Source of the DNA: an uncultured Gemmatimonadaceae bacterium
Lineage (GTDB): Bacteria > Gemmatimonadota > Gemmatimonadetes > Gemmatimonadales > Gemmatimonadaceae
DNA: 64,000 bases
Reading direction: 5' to 3'
NCBI GenBank assembly: GCA_963716745.1
Contig: OY970320.1
Coordinates: forward strand, 2,528,001-2,592,000
Shown: piece after piece, positions 1-10,435 of the stretch
Numbering within the stretch: position 1 is the stretch's first letter
How the letters are laid out: each line of letters begins with the position of its first letter
Notes under the pieces: generated by a model
Told to the model about the DNA's origin: nothing
Database searches by the model: none
Seen by the model: the letters and a program-made list of their open reading frames with translations, nothing else
Translations under genes and position numbers: made by a program

Positions 1-333
1 GCATTGGTCTCATACGCCTGCTGCACCGTGAAGCCCGCTGTGCCGATCTGACTGGGCGCGATGCCGATCGCGCGCAAGCGTATCGAGCACGGCGCGCTGC
101 GCGCGCGCGTTCGCCTGCGCCGCGGCGCCGGCCGATGCCGCGCGCGTCTCCACCGCGAGGATCAGCGTCGCGCGGTCGGGGGCCATGCGCACCTCGCGGG
201 TCGCCGAGGTCTGGATCGTGGCGGTGTCGCCGATCCCGACGGGTTGATGCGGGTACGGCGCCTGCGCGGAAAGGGACAGCGCGCCCGAGATGACCAGGGC
301 GACGAGAGCGGTGCGTACGCTGCGGGCGGACAT
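1..333 (-). CDS. SIMPL/DUF541 domain periplasmic protein, runs off left edge; apparent frameshift near 75
   Basis: ATG at 333 with GGAG upstream; signal peptide then TIQTSATREVRMAPDRATLILAVETRA, a typical SIMPL N-terminus; other frame continues AIGIAPSQIGTAGFTVQQAY. Confidence 0.8.
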
Positions 334-451
334 GTGCGAACTCCGTGGCGGGGCGAACGTGATTCTACTGTGCGCCGCCGCGTTTCGCGAGCGCGGCACA
401 GAGCAGCGGCAGGCTCGCCAGGAGCGCGAGCACAATGATCAAGAGGATCTT

Positions 452-589
452 TCAATGCGTCGGCCAGCTCGCGAAGGCACGGTGGCTGCCGGATGGCGGC
501 CCCGTGTGCAGCGGTTCCCATGACGGCGGATCGCTCGCGGGGAACGACTCGCGCGAGCTCTCGTCGATCGGATCCGGCGGCTGTGTCAT
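452..589 (-). CDS. Small conserved hypothetical protein (DExSxESFPASDPPSW motif)
   Basis: MTQPPDPIDESSRESFPASDPPSWEP...; ATGA overlap with upstream gene stop; the motif is a widespread bacterial micro-protein signature. Confidence 0.7.
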   Translation of the reverse strand: MTQPPDPIDESSRESFPASDPPSWEPLHTGPPSGSHRAFASWPTH

Positions 590-1080
590 GCGCCTCCGGG
601 GAATTCCAATTCGAGCGTGCCGCCCGCCGGCAGCGCACGCCATTTCGCCGCGAGCTCGCCGAGGCGCGAATGGATCGCGACGAGTTGCTCCTCGGTCACG
701 GTGCGAGGGCGCGCAATGCCCTTCGAATCCGCATACACTTTCGTGCGCTCGTTCAATTCCGCCGCCGTGAGTTCTTCGCGCAAGAGGAACGTGCGCCACA
801 CTTCGCCGACGATCGACTCCACCTCCAGCGCCTCCCCAGGGATCGGTCCGCGTGGCCATCCGTTGCCGAAATCTTCGAAGCTCCAGCCCTGCGCCACGAG
901 TCCGAAGAACGCGTTCCCGATGCCGAGCGTGGACTCTACGCTGTAATGCACGAGATCGTGCACCGGGAACGCGACGTGCGAGTGCTGCCACGTGGCGGTG
1001 CCGTCGGCGCGCACGCCCGTGAGCACCGGCGGAGCGTCGGGGGTCTTCTTCAGGCGGATGGTGAGTGGCGGATTCGGCAT
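586..1080 (-). CDS. Conserved hypothetical protein (HDLVHY motif)
   Basis: MPNPPLTIRLKK...FPVHDLVHYSVESTLG...FFGLVAQGW; protein-like composition. Confidence 0.7.
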   Translation of the reverse strand: MPNPPLTIRLKKTPDAPPVLTGVRADGTATWQHSHVAFPVHDLVHYSVESTLGIGNAFFGLVAQGWSFEDFGNGWPRGPIPGEALEVESIVGEVWRTFLLREELTAAELNERTKVYADSKGIARPRTVTEEQLVAIHSRLGELAAKWRALPAGGTLELEFPGGA

Positions 1081-1127
1081 CGTGACAAAAAAGCTAGCAT
1101 GGGGCGAGGCCTTTGCCAGCGTGTGGA

Positions 1128-2732
1128 TCATCGGGCGCTGTCGGGATCCGGCCGGAGTGAGAAGCGGGTCGCCTCGAGCACGAGATGCGAGATCCTGTTC
1201 GCGAACGCGGCCTGGGGCGCGGGCTGACCGCCGGGATCCGAATACGAGTAGGTGCGGTAGCGATCGCCTTCGCGCAACTCGACCACGAGCGAGACCCCGT
1301 CGGTATGGACAATGCCGCGGTACTGGATGAGCGTGGTATCTGACGGGAGGGACCACACGCCGAGCGAGTCGATCTGGTTCCAAAGCCGCGCCCATTTGGC
1401 GTCGCGCGAAGGCGCCGCGCTGCAGGTGATCCAGTGGGTAAACCCGTCCTCCGTCGTATCGGCGTCTCGCCGTCGGACATCACCGCACTCTTTGATCCGG
1501 TGGGCGAATCGAAATTGGAAATCGTGACCGCCGGGCATGAGCGTGTCGTTTTCGCTCGGGTTCTTGAACCAATAGAGTTGCCGCCCCGTGACCTCGCCGT
1601 TCAGCTGAACGAGCTCGATCATGTCGTCAGGCTCGGTGTTCCCGAAACCGTACCAGAGCCGGATCTGGCGCGTGCCGGCAGGCAACGCAGCGCGCCGCAT
1701 CAGCGGGAGTCCCGCCGTGATCGCCGCGCCATCGATCGTGAGGGTATACTCCGGCATCTGCGCGGCGGTGTCGGAGAAGGCGGTCTTGACCGGAGGCCCC
1801 AAGTGCGGCGTGGGGTCCACCATGTCCGATGCGAGCGTTGGCTTCCAAGGAAATGGTCCGAGCGTAAAATGAATTGAGTCGCGCTGTCCCGCCGACAACC
1901 GCACGATTCGCGCCGCGCCCCACGCGCCGTTCCCGTCGGCGCGAATGAAGTACGTGCCCGGCGCGAGAGTGAGCATGCCGCCGCCCTCAGGCGCATCGTC
2001 ACCGTGCCAGCGCAGAGCACCCGCAGCGGCGCCCGCGGGCCAACCGATCGCGGTGACTTCGACGTTCGTGAGGCGGTAGCCCGCGGTGTCCGTTACGGAG
2101 ATCCGCAGCGCTGCTGGGGGTCCGCTCGGTGCGCTCTCGGTCACGCGCTCGGCGCAATACGTACCGTGCGGGTTCGCGAGCCGGTTGCCGTTCCGATCGA
2201 ATCGGATCATAAGACCGTATTGCCACCACGCTCCCGAAAAGGAGCGCGAGCTGATCCGCCGCACCGAGTAGCCGGTATACCACGCATCGGTGCCCGCCGC
2301 GAAGACCGTGTCGCCGCGGCTGTACGAGGGGAAGGACCCCTCGCGGATGGATCCGCCCCCGTATGTGAGCGCATATCGCCACTCATCGGAGATGAACGGA
2401 TCGAGTCCCCATGGGATGAGCTGCCACGGCGGTCGGGCGGTCAGCCCCCACGCCGCCCTGCCCACGAGCGAGATCGGCGGCGCCGTCTCGTTGCCGAGGC
2501 CACCGACGATGGAGGGTCGCGTCGTCAGCCAGAAGTAGCCGAGCCGCGCGTTTCCTGGAACATCGCCCTCTTCGACCGCCGTGACCTTGAAAACGCCGGT
2601 AAGTGCCGCGGCGCTGTCAGCGCGACTCACCACGGCAGCCGACTCCACGCCACAACCCGGCGACGGACTCGCCACCGTCGCAGCGTGACAGGCGGCCAGG
2701 AAAAGAGCCACTGTAAGCAGCGAGAATCGCAT
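1128..2732 (-). CDS. Putative lipoprotein with carboxypeptidase-regulatory-like beta domain
   Basis: Lipobox MRFSLLTVALFLAAC; internal LRISVTDTAGYRLTNVEVT...LAPGTYFIRA segment. Confidence 0.6.
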   Translation of the reverse strand: MRFSLLTVALFLAACHAATVASPSPGCGVESAAVVSRADSAAALTGVFKVTAVEEGDVPGNARLGYFWLTTRPSIVGGLGNETAPPISLVGRAAWGLTARPPWQLIPWGLDPFISDEWRYALTYGGGSIREGSFPSYSRGDTVFAAGTDAWYTGYSVRRISSRSFSGAWWQYGLMIRFDRNGNRLANPHGTYCAERVTESAPSGPPAALRISVTDTAGYRLTNVEVTAIGWPAGAAAGALRWHGDDAPEGGGMLTLAPGTYFIRADGNGAWGAARIVRLSAGQRDSIHFTLGPFPWKPTLASDMVDPTPHLGPPVKTAFSDTAAQMPEYTLTIDGAAITAGLPLMRRAALPAGTRQIRLWYGFGNTEPDDMIELVQLNGEVTGRQLYWFKNPSENDTLMPGGHDFQFRFAHRIKECGDVRRRDADTTEDGFTHWITCSAAPSRDAKWARLWNQIDSLGVWSLPSDTTLIQYRGIVHTDGVSLVVELREGDRYRTYSYSDPGGQPAPQAAFANRISHLVLEATRFSLRPDPDSAR

Positions 2733-2772
2733 GACAGAAGACGCCGCGGCGCCGTCCGCTTGCACACGAAGG

Positions 2773-3586
2773 TCAGTGCGCCTGCGCCACCCGCGGATCC
2801 CTCCGCGCCCGCATCCAGATGAATCCGCCCACCACGAACAGCAGCGCGATCACCTGCGCCACGGTGAGCCCCGCGATGAACCGGTCGTCCTTCGCGCGCA
2901 GGAACTCGATCACGAACCGCTCGATCCCCGCCAGCACCATGTACACGCCGAAGAGCCAGCCGTCGGCATGCTTGTGATCGCGCATCCGCCACAGGATCAC
3001 GAACATCACGATGCCGAGTGTCACCTCGTACAACTGCGTTGGATACACGGAGAGCACGGTGTTCGGCAGCACGCCCGCCGGGATCGGCACGCCGAACATC
3101 GCCTGCATGTTCGCCGCCGTGCTCGGCGGCGCGCCCTGCGGGAAACTCACCGCGAGCGCGGATTTCCACGGACGGCCGTAGTCGTCGCCCACCGCCCAGC
3201 ATCCCGTGCGCCCCACGGCGTACGCGGCGGCGATCGCCAGTCCCGCGACGTCGGCGATCTTCCAGAACGGCAAGCGGCGCGCGCGGATCGTGAGCGACAC
3301 CGCGAGGATACCCCCGATCAGTCCGCCCCAGAACACGAATCCGCCGCGACTCAGCAGATTGTGGATGTCCTGCGTGAGGATCACGTAGTAGATCTTCGCG
3401 CCCGAGCAGGCCGCCCACCACCGCGGCGAGCACGAGATCGCCGATGTAGCTCGCGTCATAGCCTTTGCGCTCGAGCCCGCGTTCGCTCACGGTCTGCGCG
3501 ACCATGAATGCCATGAGCACGGCGAGGCCGAAGCCGGTGAAGGTCAGTGGTCCGACGTGGATCTCGAACGGATGCGCTACGGTCAT
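2773..3586 (-). CDS. lgt: Prolipoprotein diacylglyceryl transferase (apparent frameshift near 3402)
   Basis: GGFVFWGGLIGG, GRTGC, YPTQLYE and RFVIEFLR motifs; N-terminus MTVAHPFEIHVGPL lies in an adjacent frame. Confidence 0.9.
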
Positions 3587-4629
3587 GCGGCCACGAGTCC
3601 GGGCAAGGGTAGAGAAGCATACGCATTGAGGTCGAGCGACGCACGTTCGCCGCGCTCGAAGCGGAACAGTCCGGCGCGCGCGATCATCGCCGCGTTGTCG
3701 GTGGCGAGCCGCGGGCTGGGTGCGAACAGCTCCGCTCCGCTCGCGGCCAGCCGCTCGCGCATCGCCTCTTGCAGCGTACGATTGCACGCGACACCGCCGC
3801 CGAGTATCACCCGGCTGCGCCCGAACCGTTCCGCGGCGCGCGCGGTCTTCTCGGCGAGCGTCGCGATCATCGCGTCCTGGAATCCGCGCGCGATGCTCGC
3901 GCGCGAGGCCTCGAGGTCCGTGCTGTTCGCACGCACGACGTTCAACACCGCTGTTTTCAATCCGCTGAAGGACATGTCGTAGTAATCGTCGTCGCCGGGC
4001 TCGGCGCTCGCGCGCACCATGGGGCGCGTGAAACGGAACGCCTTCGGATCGCCGTCGCGCGCGGCGCGCTCGATCTGCGGACCGCCGGGATACGGGAGGC
4101 CGAGCAGTTTCGCCACCTTGTCGAACGCCTCGCCCGCCGCGTCATCGCGCGTCGCGCCGAGCAGGTTGTACGTGCCCCACGCGGGCACGTCGAGCAGCAT
4201 GGTGTGTCCGCCCGAGATGAGCAGGGCGGTGAAGGGCGGCACCGCGCGCTCATGCTCGAGCGATGTCGCGAAGAGATGCCCCTCCATGTGATGCACGCCG
4301 AGCACCGGCAGGCCGTGCGCGAAGGCGAAACTCTTGCCGAAGCTGACGCCCACGAGCAGCGCGCCCACGAGTCCCGGCGCGTGCGTGACCGCCACCGCGT
4401 CGAGCTCGGCCGGCGCGATGTTCGCGTCGGCGAGCGCGCGCTCGACCACCGGCACGATGCTCGTGAGATGCGCGCGCGACGCGATCTCGGGCACCACGCC
4501 GCCGAACACGCGATGCACGTCCTGCGAGAGGATCACGAGCGAGCGGGTCGCGACGACATCGCCCGTACCCTCGACCACGGCGGCCGACGTCTCATCGCAC
4601 GACGTCTCGATGCCGAGGATGCGCGTCAT
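3583..4629 (-). CDS. tsaD: tRNA N6-adenosine threonylcarbamoyltransferase
   Basis: ILGIETSCDETSAA, GGVVPEIASRAH, HHMEGH, DDAAGEAFDK, TDNAAMIA. Confidence 0.97.
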   Translation of the reverse strand: MTRILGIETSCDETSAAVVEGTGDVVATRSLVILSQDVHRVFGGVVPEIASRAHLTSIVPVVERALADANIAPAELDAVAVTHAPGLVGALLVGVSFGKSFAFAHGLPVLGVHHMEGHLFATSLEHERAVPPFTALLISGGHTMLLDVPAWGTYNLLGATRDDAAGEAFDKVAKLLGLPYPGGPQIERAARDGDPKAFRFTRPMVRASAEPGDDDYYDMSFSGLKTAVLNVVRANSTDLEASRASIARGFQDAMIATLAEKTARAAERFGRSRVILGGGVACNRTLQEAMRERLAASGAELFAPSPRLATDNAAMIARAGLFRFERGERASLDLNAYASLPLPGLVAA

Positions 4630-5039
4630 GGCGCGGCGCGCAGTTTGAGCCGCACGACGCGCGGCCGGATGTCGCGCACGCGCGCGTCCACGCCCGAGGG
4701 GAATTCGATGTCGTCGGCCGCGAACGCGATCACGGCGACGTTGCCGCCGGCGTCGGCCGCCTGCATGTGCGCCACCGGATGCGCGGTCGTGAGTTCGAGC
4801 AGGTCGCGTCCGCGCGCGGCGACGAGCGCGCGCACGCGCGGCGGCGCGTCGGCGAGCGCGAAACCGGAATCCACCGTGAGATCGAGGCGCACGTCCACCC
4901 ACTGCTCGGCTTGGTCCTGCAGCGTCACCACGAGCCACAGGAGCATCGCGAGCACGAGCGCCGCGATCTTGGCCGGGAGGCGTTCGGTGAACGCCGCGCG
5001 AACGCGCAGCGGGATCGTCCGCACCTTGATGGCGATCAT
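4626..5039 (-). CDS. CdaR/YbbR-like membrane-anchored protein
   Basis: AKIAALVLAMLLWLVV TM helix followed by a YbbR-like beta domain. Confidence 0.6.
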   Translation of the reverse strand: MIAIKVRTIPLRVRAAFTERLPAKIAALVLAMLLWLVVTLQDQAEQWVDVRLDLTVDSGFALADAPPRVRALVAARGRDLLELTTAHPVAHMQAADAGGNVAVIAFAADDIEFPSGVDARVRDIRPRVVRLKLRAAP

Positions 5040-5578
5040 TCCGCGAGCAGCCGCTCGACCATCGCGCGGTTGTCGGGCGTGTCCCACCGTTGCGCGCCGA
5101 TCACCTTCCGGCGGATCATCCCGTCCTTCGCGACCACGAAGGTCGCGGGGATCCCGAACGCATCGAGCTGCTCCTCGATATGGCCGGTGCCCTCCTGCAG
5201 AATGGGGAAGGTGAGTCCGTATTGTTTCACGAACTCGCGGATCTGCGGTTCGAGGCCCGGATTGTCGATCGACACGCCGACCACAACGAGTCCCTTGGGC
5301 CCGAGCGCGCGGCTCAATCGTTCGAGGCTCGGCATCTCCTCCCGGCAGGGAATGCAGTACGTGGCCCAGATGTTCACGAGCACCACGCGTCCGCGATAGT
5401 CGGAGAAGTGTTTCGCGAGCGCCGGCTCGTCCATCGTGTGCGCGGCGAAGTCGGGCATTTGCGCGCCGACCGTGGCCGCGTTCGACCCGCCGCCCAGGCG
5501 CCGCGCCGCGATCAACGCCGTGCCCATGAGTCCCACGACCACTACGCCGGCCACCGCCCACTGCGCGCGGAGCGTCAC
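5036..5578 (-). CDS. TlpA family thiol-disulfide oxidoreductase
   Basis: N-terminal TM; VVLVNIWATYCIPCREEMP; GIPATFVV. Confidence 0.9.
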   Translation of the reverse strand: MTLRAQWAVAGVVVVGLMGTALIAARRLGGGSNAATVGAQMPDFAAHTMDEPALAKHFSDYRGRVVLVNIWATYCIPCREEMPSLERLSRALGPKGLVVVGVSIDNPGLEPQIREFVKQYGLTFPILQEGTGHIEEQLDAFGIPATFVVAKDGMIRRKVIGAQRWDTPDNRAMVERLLAE

Positions 5579-6240
5579 GCCTGCTCCATCGCGAGCCGGC
5601 GCAGCGTAGAGATCGCGTCCTTGGGATCGGCTGCGGCGCACACCGCCTGCCCGGCGACGAAGGTGTCGGCACCGGCGCGATGCACGCGCGCGATCGTGTC
5701 GCGGTTGATCCCACCATCCACCTCGAGCGCCGCGCGGCTGTGCGCGCCGTCGAGCAGCGCCCGCGCGCGACGCACCTTGTCCACGCTGGATTCGATGAAC
5801 GTCTGGCCGCCGAATCCCGGGTTCACGCTCATGATGAGCAGCAGGTCCACCATGGAGATCACGTCGGCCACCATGTCGAGCGGCGTACTGGGATTGAGCG
5901 CGACGCCCGCCATGCAACCGAGCTCTCGAATGCGGCCGAGGTGGCGATGCAAATGCGGTGCGACCTCGGCGTGGATCGTGATGTGGTTCGCGCCGGCCGC
6001 GGCGAAGCTGTCGAAGTAACGCTCGGGTTCCACCACCATGAGATGGACATCGAGTGGGAGCTTCGTGAGCCGCCGCAGGGTCTCGATCACTTTCGCGCCG
6101 AAGGTGAGATTCGGCACGAAGCGGCCGTCCATGACATCCACGTGCAGCCAGTCGGCGCCGCCGGCCTCGAGACGCGCCACTTCCCGGTCGAGCTGCGCGA
6201 AGTCCGCGCTCAGCATGGATGGAGCGATGCGTACGGTCAC
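5575..6240 (-). CDS. rpe: Ribulose-phosphate 3-epimerase
   Basis: IAPSMLSADF, HVDVMDGRFVPNLTFG, MSVNPGFGGQ. Confidence 0.97.
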   Translation of the reverse strand: MTVRIAPSMLSADFAQLDREVARLEAGGADWLHVDVMDGRFVPNLTFGAKVIETLRRLTKLPLDVHLMVVEPERYFDSFAAAGANHITIHAEVAPHLHRHLGRIRELGCMAGVALNPSTPLDMVADVISMVDLLLIMSVNPGFGGQTFIESSVDKVRRARALLDGAHSRAALEVDGGINRDTIARVHRAGADTFVAGQAVCAAADPKDAISTLRRLAMEQA

Positions 6241-6969
6241 GGATGATTGGCCACGATGAGGGTGACGGCAGTGCCCGAGTTCACGGCGCGCGTCGGCGCC
6301 GGGTCCTGCCCGATCACGATGCCGTTCGGCGCGTCGGCGAGCGTGTCGTGCGCCGGCGCGACGAGGAAGCCGAGTTGTTCCAGGAGTGCGCGCGCGGCGG
6401 CGTATTGTTGGCCCGTCACATCGGGCACCGTCACGAGCGACGGTCCCGCGCTCACCGTGATCGTGATCGCGCTCGCCGCCGGCACGCGCACGCCCGACGC
6501 GGGATAGACTGCTGAGCACCGTACCGCGCGGCGACGGGCTGTCCATCGCGATCACGTCGCCGATGTCCAGTCCGCTGTTCGTGAGCGTGGCCTCCGCCTG
6601 CTGCTGCGTGAGCCCGGTGATCGGCGGCACTTCCACCGTGCGCTGGCCGCGCGAGAGGTCGAGCACCACGCGCGCGCCGCGCGAGTGCACGCTCTGCGGC
6701 GCGGGCGACTGGCTCAGCACGCTCCCCGCGGGCACCGTGCTCTCATAGCGCTGCTCGCCGCGCTGCGCGACGAAGCCGGAGTCGGTGAGGATCTGTTTCG
6801 CCTGCTCGAACGGCAGGCCGGTGACGTTCGGCACCGCCAGGTCGGTCTTGTTCCCGCTGTTCGGGAAGATGAACAGGCCGACGATGGCGTACGCGAGCAC
6901 GAAGCCGCCGCCGCTCACGGCGAAGTACGGCCAAATGCGGCGCCCGATGGTCCGCAGGTTCTCGTTCAT
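6237..6969 (-). CDS. Membrane-anchored protein with three PASTA domains (apparent frameshift near 6505)
   Basis: TM followed by VPNVTG, VPPITG and VPDVTG repeats; no kinase domain. Confidence 0.85.
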
Positions 6970-8321
6970 GCGGCGCTCCGGCGCAGGCGCGCCGCGAACG
7001 CGCCGTCCACGCCGTGGCGCTGCGGGAGCACGCGCAGGCGGCCGGCGTCGAGCACTTCCGCCGGCACGGCGCCCGCCGGCGGCGGCTCGAGCGTGAACGC
7101 GCCGCGCGCATCGGCGAGGAAGCTCTCGATCTGCGCGTCGTTCTCCTCGGGCTCGATGGAGCAGGTGGAGTACACCAGCAGTCCGCCGGGCCGAACGACG
7201 TTCGCCGCGGCCCGCAGCAGCGCACGCTGCAGCGCGCTCATCACCGCGAGATCGCTCGGCTTGAGGCGCCACCGCGCATCGGGATGCCGGCGGAAGGTGC
7301 CGGTGCCGCTGCACGGCACATCGAGCAGCACCGCGTCCACCTCGGCCACCGCCGGGAAACGCGCGTCGGCCACCACGGGAAACACGTTCTTCGCGCCCAC
7401 GCGCGCGATGTTCTGCGCGAGCCGCGGCGCGCGCGCCGGACTCCGGTCGCACGCGATGACCACGCGCGCCTCGCGCGCGAGCTCGAGCGCCTTGCCCCCG
7501 GGCGCCGCGCACAGGTCGGCCACGCGCGAGCCCGGCGCGATGGCCGCGTACTCGGTCACGAGCGTCGCGCCGGGATCCTGCACGAAGAACTGCCCCTGCG
7601 CGTACGCGCCGAGCCCGGTGAGCGACACGCCGCTCTCGATCTCGAGACTCCCGTGCACGAGCGGAACGTGCCGCGTCGTGACGCTCGCCGCGTCGAGGAT
7701 CGATTCGAGCTGCTCGCGCGCCACGCCGTATGGCCGCAGCACGGTGGGCGGCTCGATGTTGTTCTGCGCCAGCAGCGCCGCGGTGTCGGTCGCGCCCCAG
7801 CGCGCCACCCAGCGCGCCACGAGCCAGCGCGGATGCGAGTGCGCGAGCGCGAGCGCCTCCACCGGATCCGCGGGCGCCGGCAAAGCGAGTTCGCCGCGCT
7901 CGCGATCGATACGGCGCAGCACCGCGTTCGCGAGACGGCTCGCGCCGATGCCGTGCCGCTCCTTCACGAGCTCCACCGTCTGCGCGATCGCCGCGTACGC
8001 CGGCACGGAGCCCATGTGCAGCAGCTGGTCGGCGCCGAGTCGGAGGAGGTCCACCACGTCGGCGTCGAGCCGCCCGAGCCCGCCGGTCACGCGCGGCGCG
8101 ATATGCGCGTCGAGTTCCGCGCGCCGGCGCAGCATGCCGAACACCAACTCCTGCAGCCAGCGGCGGTCGCGCGCGTCGAGCGGCGCGGTTCGCGACTCGA
8201 ACGCCGGGTCCAGCATCTCGCCGCGCCGCATGTCCGCGCACAGTTCCGCCGCCGCGCGCCGCGCGTCGGTGACCTGCGAGAGCGGACGGTCAGCCGGAGC
8301 CGGTGCGGGACGCGTCGTCAT
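6966..8321 (-). CDS. rsmB: 16S rRNA m5C967 methyltransferase
   Basis: NusB-like N-terminus; DLCAAPGGK, DVPCSGTG, YSTCS. Confidence 0.95.
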   Translation of the reverse strand: MTTRPAPAPADRPLSQVTDARRAAAELCADMRRGEMLDPAFESRTAPLDARDRRWLQELVFGMLRRRAELDAHIAPRVTGGLGRLDADVVDLLRLGADQLLHMGSVPAYAAIAQTVELVKERHGIGASRLANAVLRRIDRERGELALPAPADPVEALALAHSHPRWLVARWVARWGATDTAALLAQNNIEPPTVLRPYGVAREQLESILDAASVTTRHVPLVHGSLEIESGVSLTGLGAYAQGQFFVQDPGATLVTEYAAIAPGSRVADLCAAPGGKALELAREARVVIACDRSPARAPRLAQNIARVGAKNVFPVVADARFPAVAEVDAVLLDVPCSGTGTFRRHPDARWRLKPSDLAVMSALQRALLRAAANVVRPGGLLVYSTCSIEPEENDAQIESFLADARGAFTLEPPPAGAVPAEVLDAGRLRVLPQRHGVDGAFAARLRRSAA

Positions 8322-8944
8322 AGGCGGAAAGATAGCGCGCAGCGGCGGCCGCGGCATCGTCCGCGCCCCAGATGCCGCGGATCGCCGCCGTGCCCCACGC
8401 GCCGGCCCGGCGCAGCAGCGGCGCGTGCTCCGGCGTCACGCCGCCGATCGCGATCACGGGCGCCGACGTGCTCGCGATGATCTCGCGAATGAGCCCGATG
8501 CCGCGGCCCGGCGCGCCCGGATGCGACGGCGTCTCGAACACGTGGCCCGCCACGAGCCAGTCGGCACCGTCCTTCGCCGCGAACGCCGCCTGCGGTGGCG
8601 TCGTGCACGCTCGCACCCAGCCGCATCGTGACCGCCGGCGCCAGCGCGCGCGCCTGGCGCACGGTGATGGAGCGCGAGGTCAATTGCGCCGCGCGCGCGC
8701 CGAGCGCGAGCGCGAGGTCCACCCGGTCGTTCACAACCAGCCACGCGCCGCCGCGCGATTGCTCGGCGGCGAGATGAACTCCGAGGTCGAACAGCCGCGC
8801 CGCCGTCGTGTGCGCGCCGCGGAGATGCAGCGCGCCGCGCGGGCCGAGCGCGCGCATCACCGAGCGCATGCGCTCCAAGGCATCGTCGCGCGCCAGCACC
8901 TCGTCGTCGGTGATGGCGTGGATGACCGGGATCTCAGCTGCCAA
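8290..8944 (-). CDS. Thiamine-phosphate synthase-like / TenI-like protein (apparent frameshift near 8600)
   Basis: VVNDRVDLALA, GASVH, GHVFETPSHPG, VIAIGGVTP. Confidence 0.8.
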
Positions 8945-9878
8945 ACCGGTCCCCCGCTCTCACGCCACGCCCGCGGAACCATTCGGCGGCCGTGACGCGC
9001 TTGCTGCCGCTGGGCTGCACTTGGTGCACGCGCACGGCGCCGTCGCCGCAGGTGACGAGCATGCCGGCATCGCCCACGGCGAGTACCGTGCCATAGGGCG
9101 CGTCACGGCTGTCGCCGGCCTCGTCGGTCTCCGTCGCGCCGAAGAGTTTCACTTCCGCGTCGCGGAGCACCGTGAAGGCGCCGGGCTTGGGATCATAGGC
9201 GCGGATCGTGCGCGCCACCACGCCGCAGCCCTCCTGCCAATTCACGCGCGCCATCTCGCGCTCGATCTTGGGCGCGTACGTCGCCGCCGCGTCGTCCTGC
9301 GGCCGTTCGGTCGCCTGGCCGACCTGCAGCAGCGTGAGCGACTCGATGAGCGCGAGCGCGCCGAGCTCGGAGAGGCGCAATTCGAGCTCGCCCGCGGTCT
9401 CGTCGCGTTCGACGGGCGTGCGCGCCTGCAGGACGATGGGGCCGGCGTCGAGCGCGAGCACCATGCGCATGATCGTCACGCCGGTCTCGAGCATCCCGTC
9501 GCGGATCGCGGCCTGGATCGGCGCCGCGCCGCGGAATTTCGGCAGGAGCGATGCATGCACGTTGAGCGTGCCGTGGGCGGGGAGATCGATCACGTCCTGC
9601 TTGAGGATGTGCCCGTACGACGCGACGATCGAGACTTCCGGCTCGAGCGCGCGCAGCGCGTTCAGGAAATCGTCGCCGCGCGGCTTCTCGGGCTGGAACA
9701 GCGGCAGCGCCTCTTCGACCGCCACCTCTTTCACCGGCGACGGCACGAGCGTGGAGCGCGAGCGGCCGGCGGCGCGGTCGGGCTGCGTGACGACGCCCAC
9801 CACGTCGAACCCCTCTCCCAGCAGCGCGCGCAGCGACGGCACCGCGAACGCCGACGTGCCCCAGAAGAGGGTGCGCAC
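8934..9878 (-). CDS. fmt: Methionyl-tRNA formyltransferase
   Basis: FWGTSAFAVPSL, VTQPDR, NVHASLLPKFRGAAPIQ. Confidence 0.97.
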   Translation of the reverse strand: MRTLFWGTSAFAVPSLRALLGEGFDVVGVVTQPDRAAGRSRSTLVPSPVKEVAVEEALPLFQPEKPRGDDFLNALRALEPEVSIVASYGHILKQDVIDLPAHGTLNVHASLLPKFRGAAPIQAAIRDGMLETGVTIMRMVLALDAGPIVLQARTPVERDETAGELELRLSELGALALIESLTLLQVGQATERPQDDAAATYAPKIEREMARVNWQEGCGVVARTIRAYDPKPGAFTVLRDAEVKLFGATETDEAGDSRDAPYGTVLAVGDAGMLVTCGDGAVRVHQVQPSGSKRVTAAEWFRGRGVRAGDRFGS

Positions 9879-10435
9879 TACAGCTCCTCGTCGCGGTGGT
9901 GATGCTCCGCGGCTTCGCCCGGGATGATCTTGCGCGTGAGCGCGCGATCCTCGCCGTGGCCCTTCCGGTATTTCGAGATCGCGGCGCGCTTCTTGAGGAG
10001 GCTCAGATAGTCGATGAAGAGCTTGCCGTGCAGATGGTCGATCTCGTGCTGCAGGCATCGCGCGAGCAGATCGGTGGCCTCGACCTCCACGGGCGCGCCA
10101 TCGAGCCCCATCGCGCGCACGACGACGCGCGTGGCGCGTTCCACGTCGCCGTACACGTCGGGGATCGACAGGCAGCCCTCTTCGCCCATCTCGGCGCCCT
10201 CGGCCAGGGTGATCTCCGGATTGAAGAGCACGTGCTTCGCGCCATCCACGTCCACCACGCAGAGCCGTTCGCGCCGCCCCACCTGCGGCGCGGCGAGTCC
10301 GATCCCCTTCGCCGCGTACATCGTCTCGAACATGTCCTCCGCGAGGCGGCGCAGTTCGTCGGTGACCGCGGCCACCGGCCGCGTCACCTCGCGAAGGATC
10401 GGCGCGTCGAGCAGGTAGATGTCGAGCAGGCTCAC
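9878..10435 (-). CDS. def: Peptide deformylase
   Basis: GIGLAAPQVG, EGCLS, QHEIDHLHG. Confidence 0.97.
   Translation of the reverse strand: MSLLDIYLLDAPILREVTRPVAAVTDELRRLAEDMFETMYAAKGIGLAAPQVGRRERLCVVDVDGAKHVLFNPEITLAEGAEMGEEGCLSIPDVYGDVERATRVVVRAMGLDGAPVEVEATDLLARCLQHEIDHLHGKLFIDYLSLLKKRAAISKYRKGHGEDRALTRKIIPGEAAEHHHRDEEL

Noticed and set aside
2773..3586. lgt (and ruvC, mutM) as true pseudogenes or programmed frameshifts
   Set aside because: No slippery motifs or further decay, and the window-wide indel pattern favours sequencing error
5575..8241. 888-aa ORF as a PASTA-Rpe fusion
   Set aside because: Artefact of an off-frame run through rsmB plus the frameshift in the PASTA gene; rpe has its own GTG overlapping the PASTA stop
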